DNA of 64,000 nucleotides from an uncultured Atribacterota bacterium (GTDB lineage: Bacteria; Atribacterota; Phoenicimicrobiia; Phoenicimicrobiales; Stramentimicrobiaceae): NCBI GenBank assembly GCA_964433555.1, contig CAYSRG010000007.1:7422-71421 (forward strand), given 5' to 3'. The position numbers were made by a program, and so were the translations under genes. This document shows, piece by piece, positions 30,666-40,703 of this stretch. Below the pieces are notes generated by a model. The model did not search any database and was not told the origin of the DNA. It saw nothing but the letters and a program-made list of their open reading frames with translations. Numbering within the stretch: the first letter of the stretch is position 1; every line of letters starts with the position of its first letter.

Positions 30666-33600
30666 TTATTTCTCTCCCAAATCCATCATTTTTACCGACA
30701 TTAACTTTGAAGTTCCAAATCCATCCATAGTAATTCCATATAAAGCATCTGCTGCTTGCATGACTTCTCTTTGATGGGTAATAATTATAATTTGAGAATT
30801 CTTCAGATCATCATTTTTGATAAAAGAAGCCAAACGTATTGCATTAGTTTCATCTAAAGCTGAATCAATTTCATCAAAAAAGCAAAAAGGAGTCGGGTTT
30901 GCCTTCCATAAAGCAAATAATAGCGCTATAGCTGTTAGTGCTTTTTCGCCGGTGGAGAGCAAGGAAATGTTTTGTACTTTTTTTCCTGGCGGCTGTACCA
31001 ATACTTCAATTCCTGCTTCCAGAAGTTTTTTATTATTAGTTAATTCTAATGATACTTCACCACCACGAAATAGTTTTTTGAATATTTCTTTAAAATTAAC
31101 TTGAACCTTCTGAAATGTTTTATAAAAATGGTCTTCAGCTATGCGGTCAATTTCATCAATTAAAGCTATCAATTTTTCTTTAGATTTATTTATTTCTTCT
31201 TTTTTACTATATAATTCTTTAAATTTTACCAATTGTTCTTGATATTCCTGTAGAGCATTAAAATTAATCTGACCCATTAATTTTATCTGATCTTTATACT
31301 TTGAAATTGTATCTATAGCCTCTAATTGGCTATTAACATAATTTTTATAACGAAGAATTCCAGTTAATGAAGTATTGTATTGATTTTTTATCGTTTGAAG
31401 TAAATTATTCATTTTTTCTTGATTCTGTACATAAACCATCTCACATTCATGTAAAGCATTTTTCTTACTACTAAGGTTTTCTTGCTCTAACTCGATTTCT
31501 TCCCTAATTTTTCTTAGTATACTTTCTTGTTCCTTCAGGTTATCCTTTATTATATTTATACTTTCATTCAACTTATTTTGTTTTTTTATAATAGAATCAA
31601 GGTTTTCTTTTAATTCAACTTCCTGTCGAATTAATTTGATATGCTCTTTATTATAATGTTCTAACTTTTCTTGCTGTTCTTTTTCTTCCTGATGGTAACT
31701 TATAATAAATTGCTCCATCTCCTTTTGTCTTTTTTGTAATAATTCTGCTCTTTCTTTTCCCCAGGATAGTTTCATCTTAAGGTTATTCCTATCCCTCTCA
31801 ACTTTGTTAATTGCCCTACTACAATTATCTTTATATTTAAAAAGGCAATCATTATATATACTAATATATTTAAGATAATTTTCAAGATTTATAATATTTC
31901 TATTTAAAATAATTATTTCCTTTTCTTTATTATTTATTTTTACTAATTCATCATCCCTTTTCTTTATTAGCGTTTGTAAAGCATTTTCTGAATCTTTTAT
32001 ATTATATTTTATTTCATCCAATTTAACTGTTATTTCATTAATTTGAGCTATGCTTGCTTTCAGCTGTTTGCTGATATTTTGTAACTCATTATAGAGCTCT
32101 TTATACTTTTGTTTTTCAGTTTCCAAAAATAATTGCTTTTTTTGTAGCTCATTTTTAATGAATTGAATTTCTTTTCTTAATTCTAAGATTCTTTTTTTAG
32201 AAATGTTATGGCTATCTTTTGTTATATCCTTTAATGTAAAACCAATGGTAACAATTCCTTTCTCATTTATTATTATTCCATCTAAGGAAATTATAATCCA
32301 TTGTCCCCTTATTTGTTTTGCCACATTCAAAGCAGTGGATATGTCTTCCACGATTAAGATATGCCCCAAAGCGGCGTCAATTATCTTTTTATATTCAGGA
32401 AGAGGGGAAATTAATTCATTAGCGAATCCAATTATTCTATTGTTTTCAAATCCAGATCTGTTTTTAAAGATGTTTAAATCATTATTAGCAGGTAAGACAA
32501 GATTATTAGCAATAATCTTTATTTTTATTGAATTTTTCTCTTTAAGTAGTCTTTTAAAAAAGGGAATTTTATCAGAATGCACTAGATGTAAGTATTTTAT
32601 TCCTTCATCCAAAATAAAGTTAAAAATTTGCTCTAAATTAGCCGGTATTTCTTTGATTACATTTTTCAGTTCACAAATACTGATAATATCTGTTGAGTTT
32701 TCTAATTCCAGAAAAAAATCATCTCTTTCTATATTGCCATTCTGGATTGTTGTAATTAATTCTTCTACAAGGTGTATCTCTTTATTTTTTAAATTTAATT
32801 CATTATAATATCTTTGAATTATTTCATTTTCTTTTTCAATTAATACTCCCTTTTCAATTAATTCATTATCCTTCCTTCTCTCCTCTTCTTTCAATTGATT
32901 AATCTCAGATTCTAAAACAGATAATTCCAAATTTATATTTCTTATCAATTCCTGATTATTAGTTATTTTGATGATAACATGCTCTCTTTCTCTATTTATC
33001 TCCGCAAGAGAAATATTAATTGACTTTACCTCGATATTTTTTTTAATTTTTTCCTCTCGATAATCATTATAATAACTTTTGATATCGTTTGAGATAGTTT
33101 CAATATTATGTAATTTTTCCCGATAAAAATTATAAATTTTATTATATTTTTCTAATAAAGATTCTTCTTTTTTAAGGTGTACTACAAAATATTCTTCCTT
33201 CTGGTATGTTTCCTTGATATCATTATCAATATCAGCGAGATTGTCGACAAACTTTGTATATTGATTTTGAGCACGCACTATATCTTCTTTAATATTTTGG
33301 AGATAGCGCTGTACTTCTAATTTTTTTTGACTGGTAATTGATAATTGATTAATATAGTTATTTTTGTTTATTTCATTTGCTTGAAATTGTCTTGAATTTT
33401 CATCTAACTGTTTTTCTAATTGTTCTTTCTCTTTTTCAATTTGAGAGACTTGATTTTTATTATAAATGATTGATTTATTAATTTCTGAAATTTCAATTTT
33501 AAAGATTTCTAATTTCTTATTGTTTCTACTAATATTTCTTTGGAGAGATTTATATTGTTGGCTTAATATATAATATTCCAATATCAGGATTTGATCTTGA

Positions 33601-34253
33601 TAAGATTTATAGGTTTCTAAATCATCAGATTTCTTTTTATAATGAGATAGAGTTTCTTCGACTCCATATAAAATATCATTTATTCTTAAGAGATTGTTTT
33701 CTGTAGCATCAAGTTTCTTCAGAGCATTTTCCTTTTTATTTCGGTAGATAGCAACATCGGATGCTTCTTCAAACAGTATTCTTCTTTCTGAAGGCTTGGA
33801 ATTCAATACAAAGTCCACTCTTCCTTGAGCTATTATAGAATATGAATTTTTTCCTAAACCTGAGCCTAAAAAAAGTTCCTGAATATCTTTTAATTTACAG
33901 GGCATATTATTTATATAGTTTTCAATTTCGCCAGAACGATAGATTATTCTTTTTATTTCTACTTCTTCTGAGTCAATAGAAAATTTTCTCTCTGCATTGT
34001 TGAATAGCATATATACTTGAGCAAAGTTTCTCATCTTTTGTTCCTGATTGCCAGAAAAGATCATATCAGTAATCTTAGTTCCCCTTAAAGAGCGGATATT
34101 CTGTTCACCAAGTATCCATCGTACTGCATCAATTATATTGCTTTTACCACAGCCATTTGGCCCAACAATTACTGTTATGCCTGGTGTAATATTTAGTTTA
34201 ATTTTATTAGCAAAGGATTTAAATCCTTTTAGGCCGATTTCCTTTAGATACAA
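30666..34253 (-). CDS. smc: Chromosome partition protein Smc
   Basis: 1195 aa. N-terminal GPNGCGKSN Walker A, long coiled coils, hinge, C-terminal LSGGEKALTAIALLFAL signature and Walker B (FCFFDEIDSALD). Confidence 0.9.
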   Translation of the reverse strand: MYLKEIGLKGFKSFANKIKLNITPGITVIVGPNGCGKSNIIDAVRWILGEQNIRSLRGTKITDMIFSGNQEQKMRNFAQVYMLFNNAERKFSIDSEEVEIKRIIYRSGEIENYINNMPCKLKDIQELFLGSGLGKNSYSIIAQGRVDFVLNSKPSERRILFEEASDVAIYRNKKENALKKLDATENNLLRINDILYGVEETLSHYKKKSDDLETYKSYQDQILILEYYILSQQYKSLQRNISRNNKKLEIFKIEISEINKSIIYNKNQVSQIEKEKEQLEKQLDENSRQFQANEINKNNYINQLSITSQKKLEVQRYLQNIKEDIVRAQNQYTKFVDNLADIDNDIKETYQKEEYFVVHLKKEESLLEKYNKIYNFYREKLHNIETISNDIKSYYNDYREEKIKKNIEVKSINISLAEINREREHVIIKITNNQELIRNINLELSVLESEINQLKEEERRKDNELIEKGVLIEKENEIIQRYYNELNLKNKEIHLVEELITTIQNGNIERDDFFLELENSTDIISICELKNVIKEIPANLEQIFNFILDEGIKYLHLVHSDKIPFFKRLLKEKNSIKIKIIANNLVLPANNDLNIFKNRSGFENNRIIGFANELISPLPEYKKIIDAALGHILIVEDISTALNVAKQIRGQWIIISLDGIIINEKGIVTIGFTLKDITKDSHNISKKRILELRKEIQFIKNELQKKQLFLETEKQKYKELYNELQNISKQLKASIAQINEITVKLDEIKYNIKDSENALQTLIKKRDDELVKINNKEKEIIILNRNIINLENYLKYISIYNDCLFKYKDNCSRAINKVERDRNNLKMKLSWGKERAELLQKRQKEMEQFIISYHQEEKEQQEKLEHYNKEHIKLIRQEVELKENLDSIIKKQNKLNESINIIKDNLKEQESILRKIREEIELEQENLSSKKNALHECEMVYVQNQEKMNNLLQTIKNQYNTSLTGILRYKNYVNSQLEAIDTISKYKDQIKLMGQINFNALQEYQEQLVKFKELYSKKEEINKSKEKLIALIDEIDRIAEDHFYKTFQKVQVNFKEIFKKLFRGGEVSLELTNNKKLLEAGIEVLVQPPGKKVQNISLLSTGEKALTAIALLFALWKANPTPFCFFDEIDSALDETNAIRLASFIKNDDLKNSQIIIITHQREVMQAADALYGITMDGFGTSKLMSVKMMDLGEK

Positions 34254-34267
34254 TATTGATACCTTTC

Positions 34268-34969
34268 TTAGAAAATTTCTAATTTTTTTAAAGCAGAATA
34301 AGCGGCATTTTGTTCAGCTTCTTTCTTATTTTTACCAGAACCCGTTCCATAAAACCTTTTTCCAATATACACTTCAATGTAAAAGGTTTTTTGATGTTCT
34401 AATCCTTCTTCTTTTACAATTTTGTAAGAGGGAAGACATTGAAACTTCTTCTGGGTCAACTCTTGTAAAAAAGTCTTATAATCATTTATTTGACTTTTTA
34501 TCAAGATTTTAACTTTCTCTTTTTCAATAAAATAATTGATAACTTTTTGACAGTGATTAATTCCACCATCCATGTAAATGGCTCCTAAACATGCCTCTAA
34601 GCAGTCTGCTAAAATAGAAAATTTCCCTCTTCCTTTCTTTAAATCCACACTTTTGCCTAAAGTAATAAAATCTTCCAGCGTAATTAGATTGGCGAATTTT
34701 ACTAAAAATGACTGACTTATTATCGTAGACTTCATTTTAGATAATTCGCCTTCTGAGGAAAAAGGAAATTTGTGATATAAATATTTACTTACTATTAAAT
34801 TTATTACTGAATCACCGAGAAATTCTAGTCTTTGGAAATAGTTTACTCCATTTTTTTCTTTTTGACCATAAAATGAGGTATGAGTTAAAGCCTTTTTTAG
34901 TAAATCAATATTTTTAAAGTTATATCCTAACTTTGCTTCCAGTTCACTTAAGTTTATTTTATTTAGCAC
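34268..34969 (-). CDS. rnc: Ribonuclease III
   Basis: ERLEFLGDSV catalytic signature and C-terminal dsRBD. GTG start. 233 aa. Confidence 0.9.
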   Translation of the reverse strand: MLNKINLSELEAKLGYNFKNIDLLKKALTHTSFYGQKEKNGVNYFQRLEFLGDSVINLIVSKYLYHKFPFSSEGELSKMKSTIISQSFLVKFANLITLEDFITLGKSVDLKKGRGKFSILADCLEACLGAIYMDGGINHCQKVINYFIEKEKVKILIKSQINDYKTFLQELTQKKFQCLPSYKIVKEEGLEHQKTFYIEVYIGKRFYGTGSGKNKKEAEQNAAYSALKKLEIF

Positions 34970-35023
34970 CCTCCAAAACCTTCTTCTATCAATTACAGAA
35001 AAGAAAGATAAACATGGTTATAA

Positions 35024-35254
35024 TTATTGTTTATCTTCTAAATAACGTAGAACATCACCTACAACCTTAATTTTTTCGGCATCTTCATCAGCAATTTCGA
35101 TATCAAACTCTTCTTCAAAAGCCATAATTAATTCTACAATGTCTAAAGAATCTGCACCCAGGTCATCAATAAATGAAGAATCATCTTTTACTTTATCTTC
35201 TTCAACTCCAAGTTGGTCAACTATAATTTTTTTTACTCTTTCCATCATATCCAT
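35024..35254 (-). CDS. acpP: Acyl carrier protein
   Basis: 76 aa. [20 protein letters not shown] phosphopantetheine attachment site. Confidence 0.9.
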   Translation of the reverse strand: MDMMERVKKIIVDQLGVEEDKVKDDSSFIDDLGADSLDIVELIMAFEEEFDIEIADEDAEKIKVVGDVLRYLEDKQ

Positions 35255-35310
35255 GGTTATTTTTACTCCTTATTTTTTAATTATTTAATTAAAATATAAT
35301 TGCTAAATTT

Positions 35311-35868
35311 TTAGTTTATTGAAACCATTATTAATTTTGCAGTAAATACTTCTTTGTGATTACATTTTATGTGCACTGATACCAAATATTTATTACTTTT
35401 TTTGGAAGCAATTCTAGCTTTAGCAACTAACAGCTGACCAGCATAGACTGGATTTCTATATCTTAAGCGAGCTACGCCAGTTAATACTACATCAGAATCG
35501 ATAATGGCCATGGATAGAGAATCAGCCAGAGAAAATATATAGTGACTTCTTACTAAATTCTTTTTACCAAAAGCCATTTCTTTAGTAGTATGCATAGTAG
35601 AGATGCCGCTTTTTCCTAAATCAATGTCAATAAGATCACCAATAATTTCATTTCTATTCAATGCTTTTACTTTAGAAGAAGCATCTTGAGCAAGCTTGAT
35701 AACCCTTTTGCGCATTTCTGGTATACCCATTTCCAGCCTGTCTAGTCTAACAGTTTGAATACTTACTCCGAAGATTTTTGCTAATTGTTCATCTGATAAA
35801 AAGGGATTGCTAGAAATTTTTTCTCTTATTTTTTCTTGCCTTTTTTCTTTAGTCAAATTTTTTTTCAT
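35311..35868 (-). CDS. fapR: Fatty acid/phospholipid synthesis transcription factor FapR
   Basis: Strong match to B. subtilis FapR: FGVSIQTVRLDRLEMGIPEMRKR (HTH), EIIGDLIDIDL, and a C-terminal hot-dog fold (LVAKARI). 185 aa. Confidence 0.85.
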   Translation of the reverse strand: MKKNLTKEKRQEKIREKISSNPFLSDEQLAKIFGVSIQTVRLDRLEMGIPEMRKRVIKLAQDASSKVKALNRNEIIGDLIDIDLGKSGISTMHTTKEMAFGKKNLVRSHYIFSLADSLSMAIIDSDVVLTGVARLRYRNPVYAGQLLVAKARIASKKSNKYLVSVHIKCNHKEVFTAKLIMVSIN

Positions 35869-36142
35869 ATCATGTTTACATATTTTTAAAAATACTTTTA
35901 ATAGTACCTAATAAAAGCAACCGTTACTACTGACTGATAGTATATACAATAAAATTTATTAAATCAAGTATAATAAAAAGATTTCTTAACATTATCTTTA
36001 TTCAAAAAAACTATTGTAGATATAGTTTTAGTGATATTGATTCTATTCCTCTAATTTCAATATACATCTTACTTTTTAACGTTTATATGCCTTAGGAATA
36101 AAATAAATTAATAATAATTATTAAGTGGATTTATATTTAAAG

Positions 36143-36169
36143 AAGTGCCATATTACTTCTATGGCACTT
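36143..36169 (-). terminator. Perfect 10-bp inverted repeat (AAGTGCCATA-7 nt-TATGGCACTT) downstream of rpmF. Possible terminator or operator
   Basis: Perfect palindromic arms about 67 nt past the rpmF stop. The trailing U-tract on the minus strand is weak (cuuuaaauauaa). Confidence 0.3.
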
Positions 36170-36235
36170 AAAAAGATTGTTTATTAATTTAGCATACTTC
36201 ATGTAAAAAAATGTTATGTCTATTATTAGAATTTC

Positions 36236-36436
36236 CTAAGTAGCCTTAGCTTCTGAAGCCTTCTTTTCAGGAATAACTTTCTCTCCATTATAATAACCAC
36301 AAGAAGGACATACATGATGAGGAAGTTTGTATTCGTGACATCTGGAACATTCTACAAGATTAATGGATTTTTCAACCCAATGTGTTCTTCTTTTATTTTT
36401 TCGAGATTTGGAAACCTTTCTTTTTGGATTAGCCAA
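36236..36436 (-). CDS. rpmF: 50S ribosomal protein L32
   Basis: 66 aa. MANPKRKVSKSRKNKRRTH plus a CxxC...CxxC zinc ribbon. Confidence 0.85.
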   Translation of the reverse strand: MANPKRKVSKSRKNKRRTHWVEKSINLVECSRCHEYKLPHHVCPSCGYYNGEKVIPEKKASEAKAT

Positions 36437-36867
36437 CTTTTTTCCTCCTTTTAAATTAGTGGTACTTTATTGTATTAACAAAAAACGATTATACAAAAAA
36501 TTCTCACTACATGCAAATTTATCTTAAATGTTCAATAAAACTTGTATAGATTGGTAAGTTCTCTAAAATAGAATATTTCTATCTTTTTCTTTACATTTAC
36601 TCTGATAGGTAATTATTTATAAATACCATTATGATTTATTTTATAAAAACTTGATATTATAAAAAATATCTACTAAAAATATTATATGCTTCAGAAAGTT
36701 TTAAATTTACTACTTATTAATAACTTACACTTCTTTTTTATTCAATTCCTCTTTCTTTTCTCTTTACCCGATCTTTCAAAGTAAGATTTCCTATTATTTC
36801 ACATTTCAGGTAAAGGCAGTTATCAAAATAATCTAATTTTCTATGGATTAATTTAGCATTATTTACT

Positions 36868-37872
36868 TTATTGGATACCCTGAGCCTGAAGAGCTGTAAT
36901 AGCCACTACATTTACGATGTCTTCAGCTGAACAACCTCTAGAAAGATCATTTACCGGTTTTCGCATACCCTGCGAGATAGGGCCTATTGCTTCAGCTTTT
37001 GCCAATCGTTCTACTAATTTATAGGCAATATTGGCAGCTTGTAAATCTGGGAATATTAATACATTTGCTTCCCCAGCAATTTTGCTATTCGGGGCTTTTC
37101 GCTTGCTTATTTCAGGAATCAAAGCCGCATCTGCTTGTAACTCTCCATCAATTTTCAAATCAGGAGCTTTCTTTTTAACAATTTCAGTTGCTTTTATTAC
37201 TTTATCTACTAAAGGATGTTTAGCACTCCCTTTAGTAGAAAAAGAAAGCATGGCAATCTTTGGTTCTACTCCTACCAATATTTTTGCAGTATGGGCACTG
37301 GCTATAGCTATATCTGCTAATTCTTCAGCATTTGGATCTGGGAACAAGGCACAATCTGCAAATAGAATCATTCCATTTTCTCCATATTTACAGTCAGGTA
37401 CAACCATAATAAAGGAGCTGGAAACAATATTTACATTTCTGGAGGTTTTGATAGTTTGCAAAGCGGGTCTAAAAACATCGCCAGTAGCATTAATTGAACC
37501 AGCCACTAAACCATCGGCATCATCCTGGTAGACCATTAGGGCTCCATAATACAGGGGATCTTTCAATAGTCTTTTGGCTTCTTCAATAGTCATTCCTTTA
37601 TTTTTTCTTAAATCATAATATATTCCAGCATAAGTGTTTAGTTTTTCAGATGATTCCGGATCAATGATTTCAATAGCTTCAGGAAAATCAACATTTAACT
37701 CTTGAGCAATATCTTTAATCTTCTGTTCTTTCCCTAAAAAGACTAAATTAGCAAAACCTTCTTGATAGATTGTTTTAGCTGCTTTGATCATTCTATGTTC
37801 TTCGCCTTCTGGTAAAACAATCTTTTTAATTTCTTTCTTAGCTCTCTGTCTCAGCTTCTCTGAAATATTCAT
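36868..37872 (-). CDS. pta: Phosphate acetyltransferase (short-form Pta)
   Basis: VLPEGEEHRMIKAA, DGLVAGSINATGDVFRPALQ, and GPISQGMRKPVNDLSRG match the Pta catalytic domain. 334 aa. Confidence 0.8.
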   Translation of the reverse strand: MNISEKLRQRAKKEIKKIVLPEGEEHRMIKAAKTIYQEGFANLVFLGKEQKIKDIAQELNVDFPEAIEIIDPESSEKLNTYAGIYYDLRKNKGMTIEEAKRLLKDPLYYGALMVYQDDADGLVAGSINATGDVFRPALQTIKTSRNVNIVSSSFIMVVPDCKYGENGMILFADCALFPDPNAEELADIAIASAHTAKILVGVEPKIAMLSFSTKGSAKHPLVDKVIKATEIVKKKAPDLKIDGELQADAALIPEISKRKAPNSKIAGEANVLIFPDLQAANIAYKLVERLAKAEAIGPISQGMRKPVNDLSRGCSAEDIVNVVAITALQAQGIQ

Positions 37873-37975
37873 AAATATATTCCTCCTATCAAATAATGTT
37901 TTATGATTAGCTTAAAAAAAGGCACAAAATACCGTATAATTATAACATATAATTATTAATTTATCGAGGTAAAAT

Positions 37976-39277
37976 ATGTTGGTTTTGGGTATTATTGCGG
38001 AATACAATCCTTTCCACAATGGCCATTTATATCACCTGCAAAAATCTAAAGAATTAACTGGAGCTGAATTCTCTATAGCTGTTATGGGAGGAAACTTTTT
38101 ACAGCGAGGGGAACCAGCACTATGGAATAAGTGGATACGTACTAAAATGGCTCTCTTTGCGGGAATTGACCTGGTCATCGAACTTCCCTTTGTTTTTGCC
38201 AGTCAAGATGCTCATGGTTTTGCCCAGGCTGGAGTTAAAATTTTAGATTCCTTAGGTGTAGTTGATTATATAACTTTTGGTTGCGAAAACGAAAAGGTGG
38301 AAATATTTTCCAAATTAGCTCGATTAATAATAAAAGATCCACCATTTTTTAAAAAAATCATAAGTGAAGAGTTAAAAAAGGGAAATAGTTTTCCCCATAT
38401 TCGAGAAAAAGCAATTATTTCTTTTTACCAAAAATACGATCAAGAGTCAATGGGAATACCTTTAAATGAAATAAGTACTATCTTAAGGCAATCCAATAAT
38501 ATTCTGGCTTTAGAATATATGATATCATTACAATTATTAAAAAGTACTATAAAAGCATTGCCTATTAAAAGGATTGGTTCGAATTTTTCCCAGGATAAAT
38601 TTGAAGGTGAATATTCCAGTGCTACTGCTATAAGAAAGATAATCAATCAATATTATTATAATTCTAATGATAAGCAATTATTGGAAAATTTAAAAGCAAC
38701 TATGCCTATCACATCCTATCAGACCATTTTAAATGAATTAAAAGAAGATATAAATCCTATTTTATTATCAAATTTTGAACAGGCGATATTTTCTAAACTT
38801 AGAAGTGCTCCCGCTGATGACTTAAAAAGAATTAATGGTGTTCAGGAAGGATTAGAAAATAAAATAAAAAAAGCTGCAATTTCAACCAAAAGCATTGAAG
38901 AGTTAATTCAAACAGTTAAGTCAAAACGTTACACACGAACTAGAATACAGAGAATAGTTATTCATAGTTTATTTAATTTAACTAAAAAAGAGACTCAGAA
39001 CTTTAATAAAAATGGCCCCCTTTATTGCCGGATTTTAGGGATGACTGATAAAGGAAGGGAAATTCTTAAAAAAGCCAAATTAAAATCAAAATTACCCTTA
39101 ATTATGAAATTGAAAAATTTTTATCTTCACAATAAAAGATTGGGTAAGAAAGATATTTTAAATATGTTGAATTATGATATTTTGTCGACCGATCTTTATG
39201 TTCTGGCTTATAAATCAAAGAAACTAAAAATCGGGAGTCAGGATTTTACAAAGAATATAGATTTATTGAATGTATAG
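37976..39277 (+). CDS. tmcAL: tRNA(Met) cytidine acetate ligase TmcAL (YlbM/UPF0348 nucleotidyltransferase)
   Basis: GIIAEYNPFHNGHLYH (HxGH) N-terminus closely resembles B. subtilis YlbM. 433 aa. One of only two plus-strand genes in the window. Confidence 0.75.
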   Translation: MLVLGIIAEYNPFHNGHLYHLQKSKELTGAEFSIAVMGGNFLQRGEPALWNKWIRTKMALFAGIDLVIELPFVFASQDAHGFAQAGVKILDSLGVVDYITFGCENEKVEIFSKLARLIIKDPPFFKKIISEELKKGNSFPHIREKAIISFYQKYDQESMGIPLNEISTILRQSNNILALEYMISLQLLKSTIKALPIKRIGSNFSQDKFEGEYSSATAIRKIINQYYYNSNDKQLLENLKATMPITSYQTILNELKEDINPILLSNFEQAIFSKLRSAPADDLKRINGVQEGLENKIKKAAISTKSIEELIQTVKSKRYTRTRIQRIVIHSLFNLTKKETQNFNKNGPLYCRILGMTDKGREILKKAKLKSKLPLIMKLKNFYLHNKRLGKKDILNMLNYDILSTDLYVLAYKSKKLKIGSQDFTKNIDLLNV

Positions 39278-39287
39278 AAGAATATTA

Positions 39288-39776
39288 TTAAAATTGATAG
39301 TAACCATATTTATTTTTTAATTTTGTTGCCACATATGGTGGCACTAATTCCTTGATGCAACCATTTAAAGAAGCTATTTCTTTAACAATACTCGAGTTTA
39401 AATAAGAGAACTTGGTGCTGGTTACCATAAAAACTGTCTCTATTTCAGGAGCCATTTTTTTATTAATAAGAGCAAATTGGGATTCATATTCAAAATCAGA
39501 AATTGCTCTCATACCCCTGAGAATTATATTAGCCTTATTAGACCGAACACAATCAATTAATAATCCTCGGAATGACTGAACTTCAACATTTTGGAATTCT
39601 GTAATAACATTTAGAATCATGTCCATTTTTTCTTCTGTAGAAAAGAGAGATTCTTTTCTTGAGTTTTCGGCAATTACTACAATAATCTTATCAAATATTT
39701 TGGAAGCTCTATAAATTATGTCAAGATGACCATTAGTAATTGGATCGAAACTTCCAGGGTATATAGCCCTTATCAT
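39288..39776 (-). CDS. coaD: Phosphopantetheine adenylyltransferase
   Basis: YPGSFDPITNGHLDI motif. 162 aa. rsmD-coaD synteny. Confidence 0.9.
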   Translation of the reverse strand: MIRAIYPGSFDPITNGHLDIIYRASKIFDKIIVVIAENSRKESLFSTEEKMDMILNVITEFQNVEVQSFRGLLIDCVRSNKANIILRGMRAISDFEYESQFALINKKMAPEIETVFMVTSTKFSYLNSSIVKEIASLNGCIKELVPPYVATKLKNKYGYYQF

Positions 39777-39800
39777 AAATATCTCCTTTTAAAATATTTA

Positions 39801-40352
39801 TTATTGATAATAAAAAAGAGTAACCTTTGATTTGCCGTATTTTTTCTCTTTAATATAGAGCAATTTTCTAAAATCACCTTTTACTTCTTTGTGAAATGGA
39901 TGTTGCACAATAATAATACAATCTTCTTTAGCAATATTATTTTGATCAACTATATGTAATGTATTTAAAGCATAATTTCTATTATAAGGAGGATCTAAGA
40001 AAATAATATCAAATTTTTTTTGTTTAAAATTTAATATATTTATAGCTTGGAGATAATCGATATGTATAATCTTAGAAAAATCATTTTGATAAATTTTAAT
40101 TAAGTTATTTTTTATTAATATTATTGCTTTTTTATTTTTTTCTACGAAAGTAACATTTTTTGCACCCCGGCTTATAGCTTCAATGCCTACTGCACCTGAA
40201 CCAGAAAACAAGTCTAAAAATTCTGCACCTACGATTTTAGCCCCAATTATATCAAATAATGCCTCTCTTATTCTATTGGGAGTTGGTCGTATCTCATTTC
40301 CCGGGAGTGATTGTAATCGAAATCCCTTATAAATACCACCAATAACTTTCAT
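39801..40352 (-). CDS. rsmD: 16S rRNA (guanine966-N2)-methyltransferase RsmD
   Basis: DLFSGSGAVGIEAISRGA SAM motif and FLDPPY. 183 aa. Confidence 0.85.
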   Translation of the reverse strand: MKVIGGIYKGFRLQSLPGNEIRPTPNRIREALFDIIGAKIVGAEFLDLFSGSGAVGIEAISRGAKNVTFVEKNKKAIILIKNNLIKIYQNDFSKIIHIDYLQAINILNFKQKKFDIIFLDPPYNRNYALNTLHIVDQNNIAKEDCIIIVQHPFHKEVKGDFRKLLYIKEKKYGKSKVTLFYYQ

Positions 40353-40514
40353 TTGCTTTTTACCGTCTCTATTTTTGTTAAAGTGGATAAATCAATATTA
40401 TTACAATTAGAACTACTGATTCAAAAGTTTAATTTATTATACTTGATTATTATAACCATTTTATGATAAAATAAAATTCGTTATTTTTCAAGGGATATAC
40501 TGGAGGAATTAACA

Positions 40515-40703
40515 ATGGCAAAATGTGATATATGTGGCAAAGGTCCACAATTTGGAAAGCAAATTAGTCACTCTCATAAATTGAGTAATAGAAAATGGTC
40601 AGCAAATATTCAAAAAGTAAGAGTTAACATTAATAATTCGGTAAAGCGATTAAATGTTTGCACCCAATGCTTAAAATCAGGTAAAATAAATAAGGTTACT
40701 TGA
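40515..40703 (+). CDS. rpmB: 50S ribosomal protein L28
   Basis: 62 aa. MAKCDICGKGPQFGKQISHSHKLSNRKW is a typical L28. Confidence 0.85.
   Translation: MAKCDICGKGPQFGKQISHSHKLSNRKWSANIQKVRVNINNSVKRLNVCTQCLKSGKINKVT

Noticed and set aside
32203-32808. 201-aa plus-strand ORF and several other 60-180 aa ORFs antisense to smc, dxr, pta, topA, hppA, trpS and the TRAP permease
   Set aside because: All are embedded antisense in strongly conserved housekeeping genes and have low-complexity, Ile/Phe/Lys-rich composition typical of AT-rich shadow frames.
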